The notes under the pieces are model-generated. The model did not search any database. It was not told the origin of the DNA and saw only the letters and a program-made list of their open reading frames with translations. A DNA stretch of 64,000 bases from Macrostomum hystrix (lineage: Eukaryota > Animalia > Platyhelminthes), in NCBI GenBank assembly GCA_950097015.1, contig CATNEN010000033.1:4650001-4714000 (forward strand), in the 5' to 3' direction. Shown piece after piece: positions 34,736 through 47,248 of this stretch (position 1 is its first letter; every line of letters begins with the position of its first letter). A program made the position numbers and the translations under genes.

Positions 34736-34861
34736 AGTCTTTCGGCAGGTTTTTGTCTGCATGCAGCGAACAGGCAAACTTTTTGTGAGGCGTTTTTCAG
34801 CCTTTTTAATTTATTTCCTTCTCTGATTTGCCCTCGAAAAATCTTTATTAGTGTTCTGCTT

Positions 34862-35080
34862 CGCAAGTAGCACTGTGAATCATGACTGCCTCTCGCACCA
34901 AGGTCCCTGAGTTCGATTCCGCGGCGAGGCCACATTCATTTGGGGCGCAGCCGCGGAGCGAAGGCTTGGGGGCTTGTCGTGCAATTTACGCCCTTGAAGG
35001 CCAACCTCCAAGGCACAGTGAGAGTGTACACTGCCTGACGATGAGAAAGTCAGGGCAGATGTACACACCTGTGTGAGCGT
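34862..35080 (+). mobile_element. tRNA-derived SINE family A
   Basis: TAGCACTGTG A-box-like sequence, B-box GAGTTCGATTCC at ~34909-34920, and the shared body with the hairpin. Confidence 0.85.
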
Positions 35081-35640
35081 GTGCCTGCGTCCCTAATTTA
35101 GACTTTTTCTAGTTCCTAATCCTAATCATATTCTAAGAAAATTAAAAAGTCAGCATTTTTGTTTCAGGGTTATTCCAACATCCATCCTTGTTTTTTCAAT
35201 ATTTCGTAATCCTAGATTCTCTATAATTTCAGCTTTTTCCCGTGTGCATTGAAGACTTCTGGAGCAGCCGAACCCACTGAGCTGCACATTGTGAGCTCTG
35301 CCAGTAGAAAATGCGACAGTCCATTTTGCTTTCCTGAGTGTACGTTCGAGACACTAGTTATTTATATAGCTGAAAATACCCTGAATCAAAGCCGCCTCAG
35401 TAACTAGGGCCTACCGAATGCCCGCTTCCAATCCAGTAGCCAATACGAGCTAGTTTCGAAACTTGCCAGACACTAGAACTACGGATGTATAATTTCCTTA
35501 AAATTGTCACGTTTTGTTTATCTGGAACACCTGCTCAATGGAAATACAATTTACCGGCTTTCGTGCCAGAAACTTCTAGATTGTTCACGAATTTTCACGC
35601 ATCTTTTGAGATTACTAGAGACTTTTGAGATTTATAGTAA

Positions 35641-38190
35641 ATCTATCCTACAAGATGAAGGCAGTGAATGGATTGCTAATCTATCCTACAAGATGAAGGC
35701 ATTGAATGGATTGCTAATCTATCCTACAAGATGAAGGCAGTGAATGGATTGCTAATCTATCCTACAAGATGAAGGCATTGAATGGATTGCTAATCTATCC
35801 TACAAGATGAAGGCAGTGAATGGATTGCTAATCTATCCTACAAGATGAAGGCATTGAATGGATTGCTAATCTATCCTACAAGATGAAGGCAGTGAATGGA
35901 TTGCTAATCTATCCTACAAGATGAAGGCAGTGAATGGATTGCTAATCTATCCTACAAGATGAAGGCAGTGAATGGATTGCTAATCTATCCTACAAGATGA
36001 AGGCAGTGAATGGATTGCTAATCTATCCTACAAGATGAAGGCATTGAATGGATTGCTAATCTATCCTACAAGATGAAGGCAGTGAATGGATTGCTAATCT
36101 ATCCTACAAGATGAAGGCAGTGAATGGATTGCTAATCTATCCTACAAGATGAAGGCAGTGAATGGATTGCTAATCTATCCTACAAGATGAAGGCAGTGAA
36201 TGGATTGCTAATCTATCCTACAAGATGAAGGCATTGAATGGATTGCTAATCTATCCTACAAGATGAAGGCAGTGAATGGATTGCTAATCTATCCTACAAG
36301 ATGAAGGCATTCAATGGATTGCTAATCTATCCTACAAGATGAAGGCAGTGAATGGATTGCTAATCTATCCTACAAGATGAAGGCAGTGAATGGATTGCTA
36401 ATCTATCCTACAAGATGAAGGCAGTGAATGGATTGCTAATCTATCCTACAAGATGAAGGCAGTGAATGGATTGCTAATCTATCCTACAAGATGAAGGCAG
36501 TGAATGGATTGCTAATCTATCCTACAAGATGAAGGCATTGAATGGATTGCTAATCTATCCTACAAGATGAAAGCATTTATGGATTGCTAATCTATCCTAC
36601 AAGATGAAGGCAGTGAATGGATTGCTAATCTATCCTACAAGATGAAGGCATTGAATGGATTGCTAATCTATCCTACTAGATGAAGGCAGTGAATGGATTG
36701 CTAATCTATCCTACAAGATGAAGGCAGTGAATGGATTGCTAATCTATCCTACAAGATGAAGGCAGTGAATGGATTGCTAATCTATCCTACAAGATGAAGG
36801 CAGTGAATGGATTGCTAATCTATCCTACAAGATGAAGGCAGTGAATGGATTGCTAATCTATCCTACAAGATGAAGGCAGTGAATGGATTGCTAATCTATC
36901 CTACAAGATGAAGGCAGTGAATGGATTGCTAATCTATCCTACAAGATGAAGGCATTGAATGGATTGCTAATCTATCCTACTAGATGAAGGCAGTGAATGG
37001 ATTGCTAATCTATCCTACAAGATGAAGGCAGTGAATGGATTGCTAATCTATCCTACAAGATGAAGGCAGTGAATGGATTGCTAATCTATCCTACAAGATG
37101 AAGGCAGTGAATGGATTGCTAATCTATCCTACAAGATGAAGGCAGTGAATGGATTGCTAATCTATCCTACAAGATGAAGGCATTGAATGGATTGCTAATC
37201 TATCCTACTAGATGAAGGCAGTGAATGGATTGCTAATCTATCCTACAAGATGAAGGCAGTGAATGGATTGCTAATCTATCCTACAAGATGAAGGCAGTGA
37301 ATGGATTGCTAATCTATCCTACAAGATGAAGGCAGTGAATGGATTGCTAATCTATCCTACTAGATGAAGGCAGTGAATGGATTGCTAATCTATCCTACAA
37401 GATGAAGGCAGTGAATGGATTGCTAATCTATCCTACAAGATGAAGGCAGTGAATGGATTGCTAATCTATCCTACAAGATGAAGGCAGTGAATGGATTGCT
37501 AATCTATCCTACAAGATGAAGGCATTGAATGGATTGCTAATCTATCCTACTAGATGAAGGCAGTGAATGGATTGCTAATCTATCCTACAAGATGAAGGCA
37601 GTGAATGGATTGCTAATCTATCCTACAAGATGAAGGCAGTGAATGGATTGCTAATCTATCCTACAAGATGAAGGCAGTGAATGGATTGCTAATCTATCCT
37701 ACAAGATGAAGGCAGTGAATGGATTGCTAATCTATCCTACAAGATGAAGGCATTGAATGGATTGCTAATCTATCCTACTAGATGAAGGCAGTGAATGGAT
37801 TGCTAATCTATCCTACAAGATGAAGGCAGTGAATGGATTGCTAATCTATCCTACAAGATGAAGGCAGTGAATGGATTGCTAATCTATCCTACAAGATGAA
37901 GGCAGTGAATGGATTGCTAATCTATCCTACAAGATGAAGGCAGTGAATGGATTGCTAATCTATCCTACAAGATGAAGGCATTGAATGGATTGCTAATCTA
38001 TCCTACTAGATGAAGGCAGTGAATGGATTGCTAATCTATCCTACAAGATGAAAGCATTTATGGATTGCTAATCTATCCTACAAGATGAAGGCAGTGAATG
38101 GATTGCTAATCTATCCTACAAGATGAAAGCATTTATGGATTGCTAATCTATCCTACAATATGAAGGCAGTGAATGGATTGATAATCTTTT
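35641..38190. repeat. 38-bp satellite (CTATCCTACAAGATGAAGGCAGTGAATGGATTGCTAAT)
   Basis: About 67 highly similar copies. Confidence 0.98.
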
Positions 38191-38697
38191 CCTTTGAAGT
38201 AGGTAAAAGAAAGGAGTTTAGATGTTTGCCTATTTTATGAGTTATGTAAAGTAAATATTTTCTGCTAAAATTTACTGAAATCTTACTCAGCTTTCTAAGT
38301 AGTAAGCAGAGGGCATTGAGCACTGGTTGATGGAGGCCGGGAACCGTGAACCCCAGTCCTTAGGCTCTAAACATCTGTCGTGATGCGATGCAAACAGGAG
38401 ATTAAAGCTATGAGTGAGTAATTCAACAGCTCATGGCTACACCATTAGGAAATCTGAGAGTTCTTGCATTCCGAGCAGTTGTGGAACATATCTGAACTCC
38501 TAATCTCACAGATTTCTAGACTGATAAGCAGACTGTTTTTCTAAGTCAGCAAGGACCATTATTGTTTGGCTAGGAATGTGATTCCTGTAGTTTTCTTGAT
38601 TATTCTAGTGGAGTTATTTTCTTTTAGAGTGACAACTTTTTCTATGCTCATGTTTCGACGCACCGGTTACCACACCAGTTAGCGCACCGGCCAAGAC

Positions 38698-38950
38698 CCC
38701 TGTTGATATCCCTGTTGGTGTCCCTGTTGGTGTCCCTGTTGGTGTCCCTGTTGGTGTCCTTGTTGGTGTTCCTGTTGGTGTCCCTGTTGGTGTCCCTGTT
38801 GGTATCCCTGTTGGTGTCCCTGTTGGTGTCCCTGTTGGTGTCCCTGTTGGTGTCCCTGTTGGTGTCCCTGTTGGTATCCCTGTTGGTGTCCCTGTTGGTC
38901 TCCCTGTTGGTGTCCCTGTTGGTGTCCCTGTTGGTGTCCCTGTTGGTGTC
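38698..38950. repeat. 12-bp repeat (CCTGTTGGTGTC)
   Basis: About 21 copies; reads (QQGH)n on the minus strand. Confidence 0.95.
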
Positions 38951-39795
38951 TCTGTAAGTTAATTCGAGGATTCCTCAAAGCCCGTGTTGTTCGCCTGTGA
39001 TTATTTTGCAAATCACCAACCCGCACTCACTGACTCTGGTGCGGGAGACCGCCCGTGGGAATTGAAACTTCACGCCATCATAATATTGAGCTGAAAAAAT
39101 AGCACCTGCGATTAATTAGCCGGGGGATAAATTTTCCCAACGATATTAGATATTCTGCCGGGCGAAATAAACACTATTGTTCATAGGGGATTTTTTAAGC
39201 TATTTTTCATTCCTATATTTCCCCATTAAAATCTCCCGGGAAAAGAAACTAGTTCTCAATGCTCAGACTGTAAGAAAAAATGTATTAAAAAATGCTAGAC
39301 CCCACCTACCAGCAGATGCGGCAGTCAAATGCAGACTTTGTAGTCTGCTCAGCCTTTGAGCACATTTGAAGCTGAGATGAGGAGGGCGGCTGGCCTGGGG
39401 CTTATTGAGACTCCGGGCTCACTTTTGCTGATTAAAAAATCAGTTTCAATTCCTTTTTTGTGTGAAGTGAGAACAGCTCTGAATATTTCGACTAATTGTC
39501 CCCTGCTCTGTGCTTTTGTCTCTGCAGAAACTGAGAATCCAATTGAGCTCTCTCATCTGCTGATGGCTTTTCGAGGCTCCATCAAGACATTGTTTAATCG
39601 ACACTTTTTTGGAAAATGCCTTTCAAAGCAGAGTGGCTCGAAGCATAGAATGCTCAAATTATTGCATCCGCCTGAGTATTAAAACGTTAGGTTTTACGTT
39701 AGATTCCGAAAATTCCCACTTCGAAATCCCATTTGATTTCTAATAGGCCTGTCCTCAACATAAAAATTCGATTTCAAAGGAACTAGATTCCTGCC

Positions 39796-40225
39796 AGATT
39801 TCTAAGAAACCTGGTCCGAGATCTCTGCTAGATTTCTAAGAAACCTGGTGCGAGATCTCTGCTAGATTTCTAAGAAACCTGGTCTGAGATCTCTCCTAGG
39901 TTTCTAAGAAACCTGGTCCGAGATGTCTCCTAGATTTCTAAGAAACCTGGTGCGAGATCTCTCCTAGATTTCTAAGAAACCTGGTCCGAGATCTCTGCTA
40001 CATTTCTAAGAAACCTGGTCCGAGATCTCTCCTAGATTTCTAAGAAACCTGGTCCGAAATCTCTGCTACATTTCTAAGAAACCTGGTGCGAGATCTCTCC
40101 TAGATTTCTAAGAAACCTGGTCCGAGATCTCTGCTACATTTCTAAGAAACCTGGTCCGAGATCTCTCCTAGATTTCTAAGAAACCTGGTCCGAAATCTCT
40201 GCTAGATTTCTAAGAAACCTGGTCC
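39796..40225. repeat. 34-bp minisatellite (ATTTCTAAGAAACCTGGTCCGAGATCTCTGCTAG)
   Basis: About 12 copies. Confidence 0.95.
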
Positions 40226-41570
40226 AAAACCCTTTAGTGGTTTTTAGAAACCACTGTTTTTTTAATATAATTCTGAAAATCTTATTTTATGAACCCAGCA
40301 TTAAAATTTTCATTTCCCAGAAAGTTTCGATCAAAAATGTATATATTTCTTGAAAAAAAAATTTTTTTTGTCCAATATAAAGAACTGGCGCTGATAAAAC
40401 ATTTTCCAAGAAGCTTCTATTTAGAATTTAAATGGAAGTCTCGAGGACTTCGCTGCAGACTTAGTGTCCGGCAATCATGCTTTAAAAGCGTTGCGCTGTC
40501 AATTAGATGATTATCGGCTGTGCAAACGCAAGCCAAGATTGACTCGCAATCGTTAACAGTTCTGAGGGTCTCACATTTCCTAGGCCAAGCCCCAGTGTGA
40601 ACAATTTTGGTATTTGTTGAGCTTGTTGACTGTTTGAGAGGCTCGACTTGGCACTGAGAAACTGGCCATGTTTTTCTGGTACATTTTGAACAATGTTCAT
40701 CAGATGTCTCACAGTTCCGCAATTAACTCCGGCTTAAATAAACTTGTTTTGAACAATTGAATTCCAAAGACAAACAGATGAAGGACATTGGAATGCTGCG
40801 CTGTTCGACTAAATGTGGTCAATAGACCAGGATTTGATGTTTTCGTCGAGTTTAGTCTATGGTCGAGCCCTACCAAGGTGTGCTGGCTGAATATTTTCTT
40901 ATAGTTTTATGCATATTCAAATCAGGTTATTAAAAACTGCGAATTTAGTTTCACGCGTCTCAGTTTAATCAGCGCTGTGCGGCAACTCACACTGTGTGTT
41001 TCCAAGAAATTGGCGCTCTAAATTCGCTCAAGTTTTCTTAAGTTTTTCAAAAAACGAAGTCACCAATTCCTTTGGTCTCCGCGGGAAATCAATTTCTCCC
41101 CAGTTGATTAAAATTGAAACTGATCGACTCGGGCTCAATACACTCTTTAGATTCAGTTGGCAGTTGAAATTGAGAATATTAATTGGATCACTTGAGCACA
41201 GCACGCACCCCCGCAGCTGCTCCGAGTGGATGAAGCGATGGAAGGAGCGCGTCTTGAGCATGAGAACCCGGGCAGGCTGTCTGAGCAGGCTCAGGGCTCG
41301 GGGTTTGCAGGTTGGGGTATCAGTTGCGCGGACCGCCATCGCACCAGCGGGAGGCCCCGCCCCTCAAGAGTGCTCAAAGCTTATGAAGGCAGCCCGAGCG
41401 AGCCGAGGTGAGAAGCCTCAGGTGTCGCAACCTCGGATGAAGAGCGGAGGCGGAGGCCCAGCCTCCCCCCCGGCCGGAAGCTGGCGATGGCCGCCATCGT
41501 CCCGGTCAGGTAGGTGGCTGCTCTGCAGGCATGCAGAGACTCCCCGGTTGCCATGCAGCTGACTTAACTA

Positions 41571-42545
41571 GACATCCCAGTCTAAATCCCAATTGTTAAT
41601 CCGACATCCCAGTCTAAATCCCAACTGTTAATCCGACATCCCAGTCTAAATCCCAATTGTTAATCCGACATCCCAGTCTAAATCCCAATTGTTAATCCGA
41701 CATCCCAGTCTAAATCCCAACTGGGAATCCGACATCCCAGTCTAAATCCCAACTGGGAATCCGACATCCCAGTCTAAATCCCAATTGTTAATCCGACATC
41801 CCAGTCTAAATCCCAATTGTTAATCCGACATCCCAGTCTAAATCCCAACTGTTAATCCGACATCCCAGTCTAAATCCCAATTGTTAATCCGACATCCCAG
41901 TCTAAATCCCAATTGTTAATCCGACATCCCAGTCTAAATCCCAACTGGGAATCCGACATCCCAGTCTAAATCCCAACTGGGAATCCGACATCCCAGTCTA
42001 AATCCCAATTGTTAATCCGACATCCCAGTCTAAATCCCAATTGTTAATCCGACATCCCAGTCTAAATCCCAACTGTCAATCCGACATCCCAGTCTAAATC
42101 CCAATTGTTAATCCGACATCCCAGTCTAAATCCCAATTGTTAATCCGACACCCCAGTCTAAATCCCAATTGTTAATCCGACATCCCAGTCTAAATCCCAA
42201 TTGTTAATCCGACACCCCAGTCTAAATCCCAACTCTTAATCCGACATCCCAGTCTAAATCCCAACTGGGAATCCGACATCCCAGTCCAAATCCCAACTGT
42301 TAATCCGACATCCCAGTCCAAATCCCAACTCTTAATCCGACATCCCAGTCTAAATCCCAACTGTTAATCCGACATCCCAGTCCAAATCCCAACTCTTAAT
42401 CCGACATCCCAGTCTAAATCCCAACTGTTAATCCGACATCCCAGTCTAAATCCCAACTGTTAATCCGACATCCCAGTCCAAATCCCAACTCTTAATCCGA
42501 CATCACAGTCCAAATCCCAACTGGGAATCCGACATCCCAGTCTAA
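41571..42545. repeat. 32-bp minisatellite (GACATCCCAGTCTAAATCCCAATTGTTAATCC)
   Basis: About 30 copies. Confidence 0.96.
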
Positions 42546-43199
42546 CTAGGAATTCGAAGCTCCTATACTTGAATTTTAAGAACTCACTGAGAAGAAAGTG
42601 TGTGTGAAAATGGGAAAAAAACATAAGAACTTAGGAAAATTTGAGTGAGTTTGCCAATTAGAGAACTAACTTCCTCAGAGACAATGTCCGCATGGGATCA
42701 CAAACTACTCAAATGAGAGACAATGAGAACCTGGGAATCTGCAACACAAAAGAGAAGCGGCGAAGCCCGGGTTAGTTTGAGGGGATAATTTTCCCTTCTG
42801 AAACAAGATTCCAACCGCTATCAAGCAGTGCCGAGATATCGCTGCAGGCCATGCAAGCCTGAATTGTCCGTAAATGAGAAATTAGTTTTTTCCCAATCCC
42901 AATCAGCTCAAGCCTCAGCAGATCCCAAAGCAATCGCGCGCGAAGACCAGCCGGATCGAGCGGGAGAAAACCGCCCGGCAACCGGCCACGGAAACTCCTC
43001 GCCTAGCGGGGCGCCTTCTTTGACCAGCCGCGCCAACCCGCAGCCTTCTCAGCCCCCGCTGGCTCTGTTCAGTTCCCTTTTTTATCCCCGATGGGTCTTC
43101 GTGCCGTTGATTCACAATTTATTTTAAATCTTCCTTTGACAATGTTCGCTATACTTTTACATTCAGTTGCACTGCGTGCTTTGGACCAGGTTATGGGAA

Positions 43200-43730
43200 A
43201 TCAAAACTGGGATTTCGACTGTGGGATCTCGATATTAAAGCTGGGATTTCGACTGTGGGATCTCGATATTTTAACTGGGATTTCGACTGCGGGATCTCGA
43301 TATGAAAACTGGGATTTCGACTGTGGGATCTCGATATTAAAGCTGGGATTTCGACTGTGGGATCTCGATATGAAAACTGGGATTTCGACTGTGGGATCTC
43401 GATATTAAAGCTGGGATTTCGACTGCGGGATCTCGATATTAAAGCTGGGATTTCGACTGTGGGATCTCGATTTGAAAACTGGGATTTCGACTGTGGGATC
43501 TCGATATTTTAACTGGGATTTCGACTGTGGGATCTCGATATGAAAACTGGGATTTCGACTGTGGGATCTGGATATTTTAACTGGGATTTCGACTGTGGGA
43601 TCTCGATATTTTAACTGGGATTTCGACTGTGGGATCTCAATATTAAAACTGGGATTTCGACTGTGGGATCTCTATACTAAAACTGGGATTTCGACTGCGG
43701 GATGTCGATATCTCGATTGGGATTTAGACT
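43200..43730. repeat. 34-bp minisatellite (CTGGGATTTCGACTGTGGGATCTCGATATTAAAG)
   Basis: About 15 copies. Confidence 0.96.
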
Positions 43731-44149
43731 GCCGGCACACTAGTTTGCAAATACCTTAGTCTGTGAACATCGGAAAATAGTCTATTGATTATTGATCGTC
43801 AGTGGATGCGAGTATAAGTTGTGCTCAAAAAGTGGACTCAGCCGCTTCAAAAAAATTGAATCAACGAATACTTGAGCGAGATTCTATGAAAAGCCGATAG
43901 ACGGCTATTTTGGTATATTTATGCGCGAATATGAGTTAACTCGATTCCCTCCTACCAACCACTTCATGGGATTTACCGTTGCGACTTGCTGGTTTGCCGC
44001 CAGCTGAAATCCAATTTGTGAAATCGAGTGTCACCCTGCCAGAAATAAATCCATAAATTTCAGAACACTTGCTGCTGTTTGGGTTTGGTTCCTGCCCAAC
44101 TGCCTGCAATCTCTCCCCTTCACTCCCTACTTCTCGTCTCTTCTTCACT

Positions 44150-44968
44150 CCGTCTCACCCACCGTCTCACTCTCCATCTCATTCACCGTCTCACTCTCCA
44201 TCTCATTCACCATCTCACCCACCGTCTCACTCTCCATCTCATTTACCGTCTCACTCTCCATCTCACCCACCGTCTCACTCTCCATCTCATTCACCGTCTC
44301 ACTCTCCATCTCATTCACCGTCTCACTCTCCGTCTCACTCTCCATCTCACCCACCGTCTCACTCTCCATCTCACCCACCGTCTCACTCTCCATCTCACCC
44401 ACCGTCTCACTCTCCATCTCACCCACCGTCTCACTCTCCATCTCACCCACCGTCTCACTCTCCATCACACTCTCCGTCTCACTCTCCATCTCACCCACCG
44501 TCTCACTCTCCATCTCACCCACCGTCTCACTCTCCATCTCACCCACCGTCTCACTCTCCATCTCACCCACCGTCTCACTCTCCATCGCACACTCCGTCTC
44601 ACTCTCCATCTCACCCACCGTCTCACTCTCCATCTCACCCACCGTCTCACTCTCCATCACACTCTCCGTCTCACTCTCCATCTCACCCACCGTCTCACTC
44701 TCCATCTCACCCACCGTCTCACTCTCCATCTCACCCACCGTCTCACTCTCCATCTCACCCACCGTCTCACTCTCCATCTCACCCACCGTCTCACTCTCCA
44801 TCTCACCCACCGTCTCACTCTCCATCTCACCCACAGTCTCACTCTCCATCTCACCCACTGTCTCACTCTCCGTCTCACCCACCGTCTCACTCTCCATCAC
44901 ACTCTCCGTCTCACTCTCCATCACACTCTCCGTCTCACTCTCCATCTCACTCTCCGTCTCACTCTCCA
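44150..44968. repeat. 24-bp pyrimidine-rich minisatellite (TCTCACTCTCCATCTCACCCACCG)
   Basis: About 34 copies. Confidence 0.96.
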
Positions 44969-45717
44969 TATAGCTGCACCTAAATATCCCTATTATCCCT
45001 ATTTGATGAGGCTGACTTTCTTAGAAAGCGGTCTGTGCGTATCAAACAAAGCAGGCAGACAATAAAAAGGTGCTCAAATACTCAGGCAGCAACAGAAGCA
45101 TAAATACACTCGCAATGAGAGCTAACAAATAATTGTCTGGTGTTTGCCATGCCAGCCCTCCAACATATTGTGCTGTGCAATTACCTGAGTCTTGAATTCG
45201 ATTTTTTTCATTAAAAATCCATCCAGCGCAGTTGCTTGCAAATGCGTCTCAACTGGAGTGGCTCTGCGAGCCTCCCTGTTCAAACAGCGCTAGGGAAAAT
45301 GGGAGATGGGAAACTGTTTTGTTTGATTCCGGTTTTTTCATTACATAGCATTCTGCTAGCTGAGCTTCTGCTTTGCAATTTCGCCACAACTGCCCCCAAC
45401 CCCAACCTGTGTCATTAACTACCTGATATTTGGGAACAGGGAAGGCAAACATGCCACTGTTGGGATGCAAGATAGGTGATGCGGATTTTTTTAATCGGGC
45501 GAATAAATTCTGATGCAGCTGGCGCCCATCCCAAACTCCGCCACTCAGCGCGGTGGCGCCATGGGATTCGATCCGACTGAGGATATTGCCGTGGGCAGAA
45601 ATACAGTCAGCTGGTCTCATTACCCGCAATTCCTGCAACACATCTGCTTTTACTGTTCTCACACTGCGATCCGGAAAACAAATTGCAGTAAGAAATACAT
45701 CAGAAATCATAACTAGA

Positions 45718-46370
45718 GTTCTGGCACTCTCCCTCAGTTATAGTCTGTCACTCTCCCTCAGTTATAGTCTGGCACTCTCCCTCAGTTATAGTCTGTCACT
45801 CTCCCTCAGTTATAGTCTGGCACTCTCCCTCAGTTATAGTCTGGCACTCTACCTCAGTTATAGTCTGTCACTCTACCTCAGTTATAGTCTGGCACTCTAC
45901 CTCAGTTATAGTCTGGCACTCTCCCTCAGTTATAGTCTGTCACTCTCCCTCAGTTATAGTCTGGCACTCTCCCTCAGTTATAGTCTGTCACTCTCCCTCA
46001 GTTATAGTCTGGCACTCTCCCTCAGTTATAGTCTGGCACTCTCCCTCAGTTATAGTCTGGCACTCTCCCTCAGTTATAGTCTGGCACTCTCACTCTATCT
46101 CAGTCTGTCACTCTACCTCAGTCTGTCACTCTACCTCAGTCTGTCACTCTACCTCAGTCTGTCACTCTACCTCAGTCTGTCACTCTACCTCAGTCTGTCA
46201 CTCTACCTCAGTCTGTCACTCTACCTCAGTCTGTCACTCTACCTCAGTCTGTCACTCTACCTCAGTCTGTCACTCTACCTCAGTCTGTCACTCTACCTCA
46301 GTCTGTCACTCTACCTCAGTCTGTCACTCTACCTCAGTCTGTCACTCTACCTCAGTCTGTCACTCTACCA
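45718..46370. repeat. Compound minisatellite: 24-bp (CTGGCACTCTCCCTCAGTTATAGT) then 18-bp (CTGTCACTCTACCTCAGT)
   Basis: The unit switches near 46090. Confidence 0.96.
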
Positions 46371-47248
46371 ATATGTCTTCTTTGTCTCAAAGCAGAGGTC
46401 AGTAAACCTGAGATCAACTCTATAGCCACGCTCTTCTCAAGAAGAAATCGTGCTCAAAAAGCAAAAGTGCTTAACCACAGCAACTGAGCTCAGTCTCGCA
46501 CAGCTCAGCCTCGCACACGGAGCTTCCCCACCTCTGTCTCCCTGCCTTAGCCTACCTGGAGCCGTCAATTAGTGGTCAGCGGGTGAGCAGCAATATTTCC
46601 AACCGAGCCACTTGAACACGTCGGCCGGGCAGAGAGAATTTTGATCTCAAACCCCGCTGCTTCTGCCGGCCCGGTCTCTGGCCGCTCCGTGCCTCCAATG
46701 AAGCGGAATTCTAGCAAACCAATTCATCAACCAATTCGATGCGCATTAACCAAGAAAAAGATTCCTTTTAAAACGTTTTCGCAACCTGCCTTTTCGTGAC
46801 GAAACATGAAAACTAAAGTTTTCAGTCTGAGCTTGGCAACGCCCGGCAAGGCGAATGATTGAGGGATGAATGGCACAGCCCAGCGTCTTTAACCGTGAAA
46901 TCAAATCTTTGTTTCACTGCTTTGACTCTGAATTGGAAATTTGCTTGAATCGCTTTGCTCGAGTCTTGACTTTGTAGTCCAAGACTGCTCAAAGCTGCCA
47001 CTTCACACCAAGTCGGCGATCTTCAAGTGGCCCCCGTTGAGACGTCAGGAAAGCCGAATAAGGGATCTGCAGACAGACACTGTTCGCGGAGCTGTGATTA
47101 AGCGACAATTAATTTTAGCTGCGGGTTTTAGCAGCTGCTTACGGCATATGTTCAAGTTTATGGATCCGTCAGGCCTTCCTGCAGCCCCTTCTGCCTTCTA
47201 ATTGTGCCCACGCCACAACCTTCCCGCAATGGACCATTTTAAAAATAT

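Noticed and set aside
34885-34925. Functional tRNA gene (also at 6820-6858, 16880-16930 and 20555-20610)
   Set aside because: A/B-box sequence runs directly into SINE bodies and no complete cloverleaf acceptor stem can be formed.
35025-35065. Hammerhead ribozyme in SINE A (CTGAnGA..GAAA, with the n position varying between copies)
   Set aside because: Only 3 nt separate CTGAnGA from GAAA (no stem II) and there is no UH cleavage dinucleotide before the stem I partner. The simple CCTGAC/GTCAGG hairpin explains the sequence.
32020-38190. CRISPR-like arrays (20-38-bp repeats)
   Set aside because: Units are head-to-tail without unique spacers, there are no cas genes, and the context is eukaryotic.
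44069-45065. Long ORFs made of SPSH/LTLH/ESET repeats, and similar ORFs at 14261, 18620, 29662-30589, 45553, 52101 and 59558
   Set aside because: These are by-products of stop-free minisatellite units, open in several frames or strands, with no splice or homology support.
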